64,000 nucleotides of DNA from a virus. The position numbers and the translations under genes were made by a program. The stretch's first letter is position 1, and every line of letters starts with the position of its first letter. The notes under the pieces were generated by a model. It was not told the origin of the DNA. It saw only the letters and a program-made list of their open reading frames with translations, and searched no databases. Shown in pieces: positions 37,068 to 46,344 of the stretch. The stretch covers positions 32,001 through 96,000 of the IMG/VR virus record IMGVR_UViG_3300031419_000010, one strand, 5' to 3'.

Positions 37068-38247
37068 TTGCTTTCCTTTCTTTCGCAAACCGTTTGTACG
37101 CTTCGACAATATAGCTTTTGCAGATAGCGTAATAAAGATCCTGTTCCTCGATCCCTATGTATTTCAAATTCATCTGCGCACAAAGATAACCGCTGTGACC
37201 GCGCAGCATGTAAGGATCAAGAACAACAGAATTTGCATTCGTGTTTTCTTCAATTATCGTTCGCATAGTCTGAGGCGAGAACCTGTGACCAAACGTTGAA
37301 ACGATGATTCCTTTTTCAGTGCGCACACGTTGAAACTCTGCAAACAAATCAGCCATAGAAGTTGGATCGTTCCAGCGCTTGTTAACGCTACTGAAAATAA
37401 CCAAGTCCACGCTGTTATCCGGAATCGTGCGTAACTTTTCCAGAGTGTTACCGTGCATGAGTTTGATTTGCTGTTTCATTCTGTTCGGTTCCTGAGTGAA
37501 GTCGGCTAAAACATCCTCGCAAATAATCGAAGTGTTTTTCCAATCTTCTTTGTATTCAGCAGTGTCAACGCCAATGCCCGGCGTCAACTCAATACCAGTA
37601 TCTTTATGAAAGTTGATATACTTTTTGCATTCAACTTCCTGATAGTGTCTTGTTTGGGAATACTTAAACGGCGAACTTTGCTGCGGGATAATAAACGATC
37701 CGTAACGGGCAACCTGTGACGCACGTTCAATGATTCTAAACTCAAAATCTTTACCGCGATATTTTCCCATGTGATCGGATGTTTTCAAATATCCAAACGG
37801 AGGATTACTGATCGCGTTATCAAACTTCATGTTCGGATCAAGGTACTGCAAAACATCGTGTGTCAGTGCATCATCGTTTACCCATATTGCTTCGGGCAAA
37901 AGGCGTTTACCTATATCACAATATTCTTTGTTGAGTTCCACGCAAACAATAATCGGCTTCACGTTGGGATGATAGTATTTCATCCGGTGCATGTAGCAGA
38001 AACTCAAAATGCCCGTGCCTGCACACAGGTCAACGAGCGATCCATATCCTTGAATGTCTAATTCAAAATCCCACGCGTACGAAAGAGGTGTATGAAAACT
38101 GCCAAGCAAACGCACGTCACTTGTTGCGCTTTCAAAATAGTTTTCATATACGAAAATCTTTTGATCAAACGTCAGCGGTTTATCGCTGTTGATCAGCTCC
38201 ATCGCTTTTTGGTGACGCGCACTGTCAGCCTTTGTTAGTTTCCCCAT
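37060..38247 (-). CDS. Gamma-type amino-methyltransferase fused to a degenerate beta-class MTase module
   Basis: VDLCAGTG (motif I) followed by ISNPPFG (motif IV); C-terminal HGNTLEKLRTIPDNSVDLV...VVLDPY...YIGIE. Confidence 0.88.
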   Translation of the reverse strand: MGKLTKADSARHQKAMELINSDKPLTFDQKIFVYENYFESATSDVRLLGSFHTPLSYAWDFELDIQGYGSLVDLCAGTGILSFCYMHRMKYYHPNVKPIIVCVELNKEYCDIGKRLLPEAIWVNDDALTHDVLQYLDPNMKFDNAISNPPFGYLKTSDHMGKYRGKDFEFRIIERASQVARYGSFIIPQQSSPFKYSQTRHYQEVECKKYINFHKDTGIELTPGIGVDTAEYKEDWKNTSIICEDVLADFTQEPNRMKQQIKLMHGNTLEKLRTIPDNSVDLVIFSSVNKRWNDPTSMADLFAEFQRVRTEKGIIVSTFGHRFSPQTMRTIIEENTNANSVVLDPYMLRGHSGYLCAQMNLKYIGIEEQDLYYAICKSYIVEAYKRFAKERKANE

Positions 38248-38554
38248 TTGACGCGTCCATAATAATCGTAAAGTCAGTGCCGGGAATAGCGAAAGTATAA
38301 CGCCACAGGTTTTCACCGATGCGCTCAAACTGTTTCAGTTTCCAGCTAAAGCGAATCTGTTTTAAAACCTTTGAGATTGGAAAGATTGCATAAGGTGCGC
38401 CTGCAATAAATCCGGGAATGTGCTGCACAACATGTTTTGCTTTAACGAAAAATTCTTTCTTTTCGTGATCGGCAGAAATAGATTTTATGTAGTGCATCCC
38501 GCCGCGACCGCCGCCTTTATAAAGCAGCGCCAGATACGGCCTGTCATTTGTCAT
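38225..38554 (-). CDS. Hypothetical protein
   Basis: 109 aa ORF. Confidence 0.6.
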   Translation of the reverse strand: MTNDRPYLALLYKGGGRGGMHYIKSISADHEKKEFFVKAKHVVQHIPGFIAGAPYAIFPISKVLKQIRFSWKLKQFERIGENLWRYTFAIPGTDFTIIMDASNGETNKG

Positions 38555-39191
38555 CTAAAATTTCCTTTCGCTGCTCGTCATTCATTGAAAGCAGACTTGC
38601 AAGTTGATGCGGCTGGATCAGGATAGGACAATTCAAACTTCCCAAACCGTTTGCAGCATGATCGTCTTCCCAAATCCAGTAGTCCTTTTTAAGAACGGCA
38701 CGATGTGAAGCAAGCTCACTCTCAATATTGCGAATCGACATATCTTTAATATCAAGATGCGCAGTGTAATCGCGCACACGTTCCAGAATGCGATCACCAA
38801 AGCGAATGCCGGAGCGCAGAGAACGGGAATCAGCAGCAAGTTTAGTTGTGTGTTCCTGAACATACGCTGCATAGCCTTGATTCATTGCTTCACGTAAAAG
38901 ATCGGCATCAAACATTCCCGTTCCCGGAAACGTGGCAACAACATTCGTACGAGGCTCAAAGCGCAGATAAAAATCGTGCCCGTTATAATCAAGCTGCGCA
39001 ACGTTGACGATATGAAGCGAAAACTTTTCAGTATCCCATTCGTGCGGAGTAATGATCACCAGCGCCTGAAAATCTTCTGTTTTGAGTTTGTCGGCAAGCA
39101 CAACAGGAATGCGAACCGTGTTCAAACCAAACTCAACTTTTGAAGCGAATACGATCAGAGTGCGTTGACGATAGCGAGTATTGCGTGACAT
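38544..39191 (-). CDS. Hypothetical protein
   Basis: 215 aa ORF. Confidence 0.7.
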   Translation of the reverse strand: MSRNTRYRQRTLIVFASKVEFGLNTVRIPVVLADKLKTEDFQALVIITPHEWDTEKFSLHIVNVAQLDYNGHDFYLRFEPRTNVVATFPGTGMFDADLLREAMNQGYAAYVQEHTTKLAADSRSLRSGIRFGDRILERVRDYTAHLDIKDMSIRNIESELASHRAVLKKDYWIWEDDHAANGLGSLNCPILIQPHQLASLLSMNDEQRKEILDDK

Positions 39192-39205
39192 AAATTTTTC
39201 CTAAG

Positions 39206-39850
39206 TTAGATAACCCATTGTTCGTACCAAGAGGGCGTGTTTTGTAGCATCAACGCCATTCCGATACAGAAGCCATGCCCGAATTTTTTATCAGGATTGT
39301 TTAACGCTTGAAGAAAAGGATGACGCTCACCCGCTTTGTATTTGTAGGCTTTGAATGCGTCGTAAGTATCGTAATCACGAATCACAATGTTCGCGCCGCT
39401 GTTGAATTGTTTTTTCAGCTTGCGGAACTTTGGAGTCTGCAACATCAGCTTTGAATATTCCGGAACGTAGATCTGCTTTCGTGCTGCAACATAACTCAAG
39501 CGAAGATTTCCCCACTTAGAAAAATCTGCTTTCCTGCCTTTACCCATCGGATAGCGAAAGCCACGTTTGGTTCGTGCTCCGCTCAGGTGCCACATAAACC
39601 ATTCGCTATTTATTTCTCCGCACAGCAAATCAGAATCAAACTGCATGTGCTCACGATAAACTTTGCTGTACTGCCAAAGGTTTTCGAAGTTGAGAAACAT
39701 AACGCCGTCCGGAGTTCGACACGGCCCCAAATGAAACGGGCTAAGCTGGCTCCATTCGTCGTCGGTTGAAACAGGCGTAATGTCGAGATCAACATTTTTA
39801 GGTGCCTTGTCTTTTAAGCTCAGCACCGTAACTGTTCCCATCTTTTTCAT
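39206..39850 (-). CDS. NADAR-like (DUF6939-type) protein, putative ADP-ribosyl hydrolase
   Basis: DIT..WSQLSPF..FENLWQYSKV..LSYVAARKQIYVPEY..FGH pattern. Confidence 0.6.
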   Translation of the reverse strand: MKKMGTVTVLSLKDKAPKNVDLDITPVSTDDEWSQLSPFHLGPCRTPDGVMFLNFENLWQYSKVYREHMQFDSDLLCGEINSEWFMWHLSGARTKRGFRYPMGKGRKADFSKWGNLRLSYVAARKQIYVPEYSKLMLQTPKFRKLKKQFNSGANIVIRDYDTYDAFKAYKYKAGERHPFLQALNNPDKKFGHGFCIGMALMLQNTPSWYEQWVI

Positions 39851-39863
39851 AGACGATTTCCGT

Positions 39864-40088
39864 TTAAGCGTAATGCCAGAACACCACGTAAAGGAGATAC
39901 GAAACAGCGGCAATAGTTGCTATTACGTTTGTGCTTTGATTCATTGCCTCAGCAACTTTTTTACCAAAGACAACTTCCAGACTAATACCGAATCTTCTGA
40001 GACGCGTATGCAACACAAGTGCAATCGCGCCTTGCAGAAACATCAAACAGAAAATTGCATAAAAGAAACATGCAAGAAAAGCACACAT
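39864..40088 (-). CDS. Small membrane protein
   Basis: two hydrophobic segments. Confidence 0.55.
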   Translation of the reverse strand: MCAFLACFFYAIFCLMFLQGAIALVLHTRLRRFGISLEVVFGKKVAEAMNQSTNVIATIAAVSYLLYVVFWHYA

Positions 40089-40090
40089 AA

Positions 40091-40642
40091 TTAGCTCTCA
40101 GTGTTTTCGCTTTTCAAACTCACCTGCACATCATAGCCGCGACGAACCAGTTCTTTCGTGATCTCGTTTACGGTTGCATTGCGCAAAAATGGATTTGTCA
40201 CGCGAGGAAATTTTGCTACACCGCTTTTGGGTTTAGCGGATTCCGGATCGGTATAGAAGCGTTGGCAGTGCGGCATCTGCACACTGAAATGAGAATCAAG
40301 AGAAGCAAAGCCGTAGCCTGCATCCAGACCTGAATCAGAATTCAGATACTCAGTGATTTCATTGCGTACGGTTCCGGGCATTTGTGCAAAGGTCAACGCT
40401 TCCGGTTTCTCGCTCCACTGAATCGTATAAGGACGATCAGTTTTGCCGTTGTTTGGAATGTTGCGAAAATAATAAACATCACGCAGCAAAAAGAATTCGT
40501 AGGTGCCCGCGTCCTCAACTGCCAAAACAATTGCGCTTGCTTTTACCATACGCGCCTTGATGCGCAGATAACTGAAAATACGATTTTGCTCAAGCTGGAG
40601 TTTGGAACATTTGATAACCAGCGCTTTAATATCCCATGACAT
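40091..40642 (-). CDS. Hypothetical protein
   Basis: start MSWDIK with AGGAG RBS. Confidence 0.7.
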   Translation of the reverse strand: MSWDIKALVIKCSKLQLEQNRIFSYLRIKARMVKASAIVLAVEDAGTYEFFLLRDVYYFRNIPNNGKTDRPYTIQWSEKPEALTFAQMPGTVRNEITEYLNSDSGLDAGYGFASLDSHFSVQMPHCQRFYTDPESAKPKSGVAKFPRVTNPFLRNATVNEITKELVRRGYDVQVSLKSENTES

Positions 40643-40699
40643 TTGAAATTTACTCCTGAAAATGAAAAAGGGAATGAGCATAAGCCCACTCCCTATTAT

Positions 40700-42523
40700 T
40701 TACAGTTTCCGGATGATGTTAGCGCCCATCAAGATTTGATCGCGTACGTCCTCACTATTGCAGGTAATGCGATAGTTGTTTGGTGCCGCACGGTTGATGA
40801 TCGCAGTGCCGTTAGAATCTAACAGCGGTTGTTTGAAACTTCCCTGATACAGCATATCTACCGCCGCCGGGTTCCCGGTAAGGAAGATTCCAGTTTTGGT
40901 ACAGCGAATATCAACGTTGTTTGTTTTGGCGTGAAGCGTACCAGTTCCCGGAGTAAACGGACGACCGTCTGCCAGTGAATACTTTTTGCTACTCGCTTTC
41001 ACAACTGCGTCGATTGTGGATTTGAGTGCGCGAACAAACTTGCTAATGTTTTTAGCAACGCTTGAATCAACCGTTGTGTAATTGGCTTCGTTCAGATTAA
41101 AACTATAGCCTTTGTTTCGGTTGTATCGAATCAGAACAGGCAGAGAGATTCCAGTTTCAGGCATCCGGTAAGACATATTCCAAACCAGATTATCGTCGTT
41201 GGTTTCTTTCGCGTTGTGAACTTCATCAAACAGTTTCAGGCCGCTGCTTGCCAGTGCGCTTAGCATATCCTGTTTGTATTTCAGCATCAGGTTATCTGTC
41301 ACGCCGTGAGTTTTCTCTTTACGTGCAGCGCGTTTGCGATCCGCTTCAAACATATCTTTCAAAGTTTGAATCACGTAACCCGCATCGTAGTTCTGTCCAA
41401 TATCAACGGTTTTGTGAACGCGTTTGTATGGAGTGAGTAACCAACGAGCATCGCCAAATTTCAGCGTACCAAATTCTTCCTGACCCATGATCAATTCCAA
41501 ACCGCGTGGAAGCAGTTTAGTTTTCAGTCCGGTAATGTTGCGCTTGAGGTTATCGCCAATCGCTTTAACGTGATCAACATACTTCTCAAACTTTTTATCC
41601 AGAGTCTGAGGCAGCACATCAGAGATTTCATCCACCAGCACGGTTTCAGATTTATGATCGTCTTTCGCTTTGCCTTTTCCGAACGCCGGAATAAATGCGT
41701 TTGCGTTGGTTGGGTTTTCTGTTTCGATAAAGTGAATCAGACGCGACACAGCTTTGCGCAGATTGGTTTCACTGCCGTACGTTTTGCCTTTGGAATCTTT
41801 CGAATAAACGCCGTAGCTGAAAGTTCCGTCTTTGTGAACCATTACAGCATACGCCAGATCTTCGCGAGGGTTGTTTGTGACTTTCGGATACACACGAACC
41901 TGATAGCCGCCTACAACTTTGTTTTGCAGAACATCATGATCCTGCAACGGATAACCCGCGTTGCCAAACGTGGCGATAACGTCATTAACCACTTTGCCGA
42001 ACTTTGTATCATCGTTCGCTTTGTTTTGATGATCAGGAATCTGCGGAGTACCAGCAGGCGTATTGGATTTAACTTCTTCGCCAACTTTCAGAACAGGTTT
42101 TTCCGCTGGCGCAGGTTTAGCTTTGCGCTCTTTGGTTTTCGGAACAGGCTTCGCAACTTTTGCGCTGTCGGTTTTAGCGCCTGCGGTATGCCACTTGCTA
42201 GACACTTTGATCATCTTGAATGCTTTCAGACTTGCATCAAGAGTTTTGGCTTTTGCCAGATCCTGAACCGCTTTGATTGTGGCTTTGCCTGAAACGGTTG
42301 AACGGAAACGAATGATCTCATCGTCTTCTGCATCACGCAGCATCAGCATCAGGCCGCGTAAATGCGGAGACAGCACAAGTTTAGATTTAGCGAGAGTTTC
42401 AATGTTCGCCAGAATCTTTTCTGAGTTTTTACCGAAGAGATAGTTTGCTGCTTCTTTCTGCGCTTTGGTTGCAGAAACTGAAACAACATTTTGATCCAAA
42501 TTCGGTAAGGATACGGTTGTCAT
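40700..42523 (-). CDS. Large K/A-rich hypothetical protein, possibly virion-associated
   Basis: about 607 aa; GAGG RBS; K/P/A-rich linker. Confidence 0.75.
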   Translation of the reverse strand: MTTVSLPNLDQNVVSVSATKAQKEAANYLFGKNSEKILANIETLAKSKLVLSPHLRGLMLMLRDAEDDEIIRFRSTVSGKATIKAVQDLAKAKTLDASLKAFKMIKVSSKWHTAGAKTDSAKVAKPVPKTKERKAKPAPAEKPVLKVGEEVKSNTPAGTPQIPDHQNKANDDTKFGKVVNDVIATFGNAGYPLQDHDVLQNKVVGGYQVRVYPKVTNNPREDLAYAVMVHKDGTFSYGVYSKDSKGKTYGSETNLRKAVSRLIHFIETENPTNANAFIPAFGKGKAKDDHKSETVLVDEISDVLPQTLDKKFEKYVDHVKAIGDNLKRNITGLKTKLLPRGLELIMGQEEFGTLKFGDARWLLTPYKRVHKTVDIGQNYDAGYVIQTLKDMFEADRKRAARKEKTHGVTDNLMLKYKQDMLSALASSGLKLFDEVHNAKETNDDNLVWNMSYRMPETGISLPVLIRYNRNKGYSFNLNEANYTTVDSSVAKNISKFVRALKSTIDAVVKASSKKYSLADGRPFTPGTGTLHAKTNNVDIRCTKTGIFLTGNPAAVDMLYQGSFKQPLLDSNGTAIINRAAPNNYRITCNSEDVRDQILMGANIIRKL

Positions 42524-42541
42524 AAAATCCTCACAGGAAAT

Positions 42542-42577
42542 AAAAAAGGCCACCTTCTCTTTCGAAAAAGCAGCCTT
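42542..42577 (-). terminator. Putative intrinsic terminator
   Basis: AAGGCTGC..GTGGCCTT followed by TTTT. Confidence 0.5.
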
Positions 42578-42581
42578 GTGT

Positions 42582-42824
42582 TTACATCAGAAGTTGAAAC
42601 AGAGTTTCGTCTTCCACCCACATCGCACGACCAATAAACTCTTTCTCACGATAGTAAGAAATTACGGTGTTATCTGCGGAACGGAAAGATTCACACTCTT
42701 TTGTGCGTTGGACAAACATATCTAAATCGACGTGCTCAAGTTTCTGAATGAGAAAAGGCTCATTCGAAAACCATTGCAAACGACGGTCATTATATGCAAG
42801 CCTGATAGTGCCACGATTTGCCAT
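42582..42824 (-). CDS. Hypothetical protein
   Basis: start MANRGT with GAGG RBS. Confidence 0.6.
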   Translation of the reverse strand: MANRGTIRLAYNDRRLQWFSNEPFLIQKLEHVDLDMFVQRTKECESFRSADNTVISYYREKEFIGRAMWVEDETLFQLLM

Positions 42825-42890
42825 GACTCGTCCTCTTTCTTTTTGTAATAGCAATTCTATGCTACACAATTAAATTAGGGACGAACTTGA

Positions 42891-43649
42891 TTAATCAATG
42901 GTTGCACGGAAAATAATAGAAACAAGTTCTGGCGTCATCAGAATACGAACTTTTCTTTGTTTTGATTGGGCGTAGTCGATGGCGTATTGTTTTAGTTCCA
43001 GAACAAAGTTGGGTTCCATCAACGCAAGTGAATCACCGAAAGAAATGTCGATGGTTTCTGCGTCGATAAGTTTTTCGATATTCGTTTTAATATGCTGTTT
43101 CCAACTTTCAGGATCAGCGGTCATTTCCGGATGTTGAGTAAACGGAAAGTTTGAAATAAGATTTTTGAACGGAAGCGAAGTGCCGAGACTAGGAGCGCAA
43201 GTATAAATGCTCTCCGACATTTGCCAGCGATGCAGATATGATTCTTTCAGTCCTTCATACAGATAACGATTGCCAACAAAGTTAACTCTCATAACGTGAG
43301 GGCTAAGAATCTCAGTCAGTTCGCCAAAGAATTCATTGCGAAGTTTTGCATCCATGTACTCAATTGAATCAGTTGCGTACACAATCAGGTCTTCATTCAG
43401 ATTTGAAGAGTGTTTAGCAACATAGTTAAGGGACGCGCGATCTGTTACGCCTACCAGATGAATTCGATCTACAGCAGCGCCACGTATGCCGAGCACAGAA
43501 TAAAAATGCCCTTCAACAGCGTCTTTGGTTATGCCGATCATCAGCATGTCAATCCGGCCTGCGTTTTTGAAATCAGAATTTTCGCGACGGACGCCATGCA
43601 CCAAAGATTTTGCTAAATCTGGAGTAACATCAATATGACTAAATTTCAT
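42891..43649 (-). CDS. Hypothetical protein (family E)
   Basis: 252 aa; resembles 45004..45783. Confidence 0.7.
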   Translation of the reverse strand: MKFSHIDVTPDLAKSLVHGVRRENSDFKNAGRIDMLMIGITKDAVEGHFYSVLGIRGAAVDRIHLVGVTDRASLNYVAKHSSNLNEDLIVYATDSIEYMDAKLRNEFFGELTEILSPHVMRVNFVGNRYLYEGLKESYLHRWQMSESIYTCAPSLGTSLPFKNLISNFPFTQHPEMTADPESWKQHIKTNIEKLIDAETIDISFGDSLALMEPNFVLELKQYAIDYAQSKQRKVRILMTPELVSIIFRATID

Positions 43650-43719
43650 TGCTTATTTCCTCATTGGAGGTTTTATTAAAAAGCCGTCACCCCATTGATG
43701 TACGGCTTTCAGGTTTAAC

Positions 43720-44268
43720 TTACAGGCGCATTAAATCCTGTAAGGTTTTGATATGCGAACGAACAATCTTCTTCACGGCGTCTTTCATTTCGTCGTAAGG
43801 AGGAATTGATTCATCGCTTGCACGAATCAAATCAACAACAGCACGTTCGTGAGAATCCAGAATCAAACTTTCTGCTTCCAGTTCCTGCTCTGCCTTCACG
43901 CGCTTTTTCAGTTCGGCTTCTTCTGCTTTTTCTTCGGCAGAAAGTTCACCTTCCTGTTTCGCCAGCACTTCAAGGCGAACCGAAACAACATCGGTATATG
44001 CAGAAGTGGGAGAGTTTCTATAGCGCGACAAATCAAGCACACGCAGAATGTGAAAACCATGCGGGAACTTTTCTTTCAGTTCAACATGATTATCGACCAC
44101 CGCCGGACGATCTGAAAATTCTTCACGCGGTAGCAAAAATTTCACGCCAGTGATATAGCCTTCTTCCGGATTGCTGTAGTCCGGTGTGCCGCCCAGCGGT
44201 ATCAGCACCTGAGAGATCAAATCCTCAACAAGATTTTTGTCAGACTGTGTGGCATTGAGATTGTTCAT
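43720..44268 (-). CDS. Hypothetical protein
   Basis: start MNNLNAT with GGAG RBS. Confidence 0.7.
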   Translation of the reverse strand: MNNLNATQSDKNLVEDLISQVLIPLGGTPDYSNPEEGYITGVKFLLPREEFSDRPAVVDNHVELKEKFPHGFHILRVLDLSRYRNSPTSAYTDVVSVRLEVLAKQEGELSAEEKAEEAELKKRVKAEQELEAESLILDSHERAVVDLIRASDESIPPYDEMKDAVKKIVRSHIKTLQDLMRL

Positions 44269-45007
44269 CTTTGGCTCCAAAGAAATCATTGATTGCGTAA
44301 TCGAGTGCGCCAGTTCCGAGATCTTTGTGCTCTCCGTAAGTTGGCGCGTCGAACAGAACGTGAATCGTTTTGTCTTTTGGACAAACAGTGTATTCGTACA
44401 AACCATCTTTCACAGTAAAGTGAGAGTAGTCTTTGCTGAGTGTGAAGCCACAGTTTTGACCGCGACCGCTCAGACGATACTGGAAAACATTTTGTTCAAT
44501 TGATTCGCGAACAAAGTTTTCATAACGCGCATCCTGCATCAGTTCCAAATCAACCTGACTTAAAACTTCTGAATACGCATACATGACCAGTTGCATTACC
44601 GAAAGCGGAAGAGTTACAAAACCTTCCTGCATCGCCACAACGTAACACGGATTGAAAATAAAACCGCTTGCGTGTGGAGTACATACAGAAAACTTGTTAC
44701 GTGCAATCACAACCTGATCTTCAAGTTGCATTTGCTCAAGAATCGCCGCGCTCTCACCGATGTTGTCGCCGGGAAAAGTGTGCCAGTGACGTTCGATCTT
44801 TTCTTCCATTTCGCGGCTGTCGCAGAACACAGTTAAGCCGATACGGAAATCATCAGGTTCATGAACGTTAACCAGATTGATTTTGTTTGGAAGCAGTGCC
44901 GGATCAATTTTATCTGGATGGCGGGGCGTAACACCAATTTCTGCTTTGCGTTGAATGCTGCTCAAAATTTTTGGCTTACGTGCAAGATCGTGCAGTGACT
45001 TTTTCAT
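44240..45007 (-). CDS. Hypothetical protein
   Basis: 255 aa; AGGAG RBS. Confidence 0.7.
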   Translation of the reverse strand: MKKSLHDLARKPKILSSIQRKAEIGVTPRHPDKIDPALLPNKINLVNVHEPDDFRIGLTVFCDSREMEEKIERHWHTFPGDNIGESAAILEQMQLEDQVVIARNKFSVCTPHASGFIFNPCYVVAMQEGFVTLPLSVMQLVMYAYSEVLSQVDLELMQDARYENFVRESIEQNVFQYRLSGRGQNCGFTLSKDYSHFTVKDGLYEYTVCPKDKTIHVLFDAPTYGEHKDLGTGALDYAINDFFGAKDEQSQCHTV

Positions 45008-45783
45008 GCGATAGCTCCTGACGAGCGGTAGAATTTTGAAAGCACATAGGCAGAGTAACGCGGCTTAGAAAGGTAAAGCGTTGCGTCACTCACACGCATA
45101 AAGTTTTCCAGACGACTAATCATGCGATCCGAAAACGCATTTTCCCATGCAGGATCGATCGAGAAAGAATCATACTCAATCTTCTTAGGTGCGTCGGTAA
45201 ACATTTCCATCAAGGATTCCGGGGAAAGCTCACGCGGAACAATGTTGTTGTCTCCGAGAATCCCGATGCCGCCAGACTGAGGACGAGAAAGAGACTCTTC
45301 CACAATCCAAGATTTCATACTCGCTTCGAATTTTTCGCTGAACTCGACCGGAACATAAACACGCGTCGGATGCTCAGCAGTAGAAGCAGTGCGAATTGAG
45401 CGGAACATTTCCGCAAGGGATCTTGAAAGTTCGGTTGCGTTGATAACCTGCAAACTTTCAGACATAACAATGTTGATGCCGTTAAACGTATTGCCGCGCA
45501 GATGCGCAGATGCACTGTGAATGCCTACGGCTTTGATGCCGATAGGATCGCGGCGCAGTTTTGCAAACAGTGCAGACTCTGCCGCTTTTTCAGTTACGTC
45601 CACATAAACGAACGGACGCGTTTGCAAAAGGCTTTTGAACTCATTAAACGTTTCAGTATGATTCAGCTTTCGGGCTTCGCGCATTTTGTCAGTCGCTTCT
45701 TTATTGCGATGATGCGCACCGTGAATCAAACCATCAATAACGAAACCATCACGAACAACGATCACTTCGATTAACTTTGACAT
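45004..45783 (-). CDS. Hypothetical protein (family E)
   Basis: AGGAG RBS. Confidence 0.7.
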   Translation of the reverse strand: MSKLIEVIVVRDGFVIDGLIHGAHHRNKEATDKMREARKLNHTETFNEFKSLLQTRPFVYVDVTEKAAESALFAKLRRDPIGIKAVGIHSASAHLRGNTFNGINIVMSESLQVINATELSRSLAEMFRSIRTASTAEHPTRVYVPVEFSEKFEASMKSWIVEESLSRPQSGGIGILGDNNIVPRELSPESLMEMFTDAPKKIEYDSFSIDPAWENAFSDRMISRLENFMRVSDATLYLSKPRYSAYVLSKFYRSSGAIA

Positions 45784-45814
45784 ACATATCTCCTGCCGCA
45801 TTGGGCTATTAGAG

Positions 45815-45843
45815 AAAAAATAAGGGAACTAAAAAGTTCCCTT
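45815..45843 (-). terminator. Putative intrinsic terminator
   Basis: AAGGGAACT/AGTTCCCTT perfect 9-bp stem followed by a T tract. Confidence 0.65.
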
Positions 45844-45900
45844 TGCTCAACATGAGCGATAAGACTACACACAGCAATGTGTTCTTTACTTGTCTACCGT

Positions 45901-46311
45901 TTACAGTTTTGGTGTGAAATCTTTTCCACACTGGTAGACAGGGCGATACATAGATCCGAGCCATTGGAATACCACAGCACAGACCGCAAATTCATTCAGG
46001 GAAGGCCAACGAATAACAGAACTTCCAAAGATTACGCCAACAAGATTTTCGTTTCCGGGAATTTGAATATCATCCAGATACTGACTGAAAGTTTCAGCAA
46101 CCATTCCAGTGCTGTAATCTTTGATCGCATCAGCAACAGAGTTGCCAACACAAAAAGCAATAAAGCAGGCGCTGGACGGTTTATACATTTCTGCATCACA
46201 TTTAATCGGAAGCAAAGCAATCGGAGTAAATGGAATGTTCGCTTTTTCTTCTGGTGAAGCAAGATGAGAACCGGAATAAATTTGAGTAGGGAGAATATAA
46301 TCTCGCATCAT
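45901..46311 (-). CDS. Hypothetical protein
   Basis: 136 aa ORF. Confidence 0.6.
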   Translation of the reverse strand: MMRDYILPTQIYSGSHLASPEEKANIPFTPIALLPIKCDAEMYKPSSACFIAFCVGNSVADAIKDYSTGMVAETFSQYLDDIQIPGNENLVGVIFGSSVIRWPSLNEFAVCAVVFQWLGSMYRPVYQCGKDFTPKL

Positions 46312-46344
46312 TACCTACAAAGGCGGGTTTCCCCGCCGTGTAAA

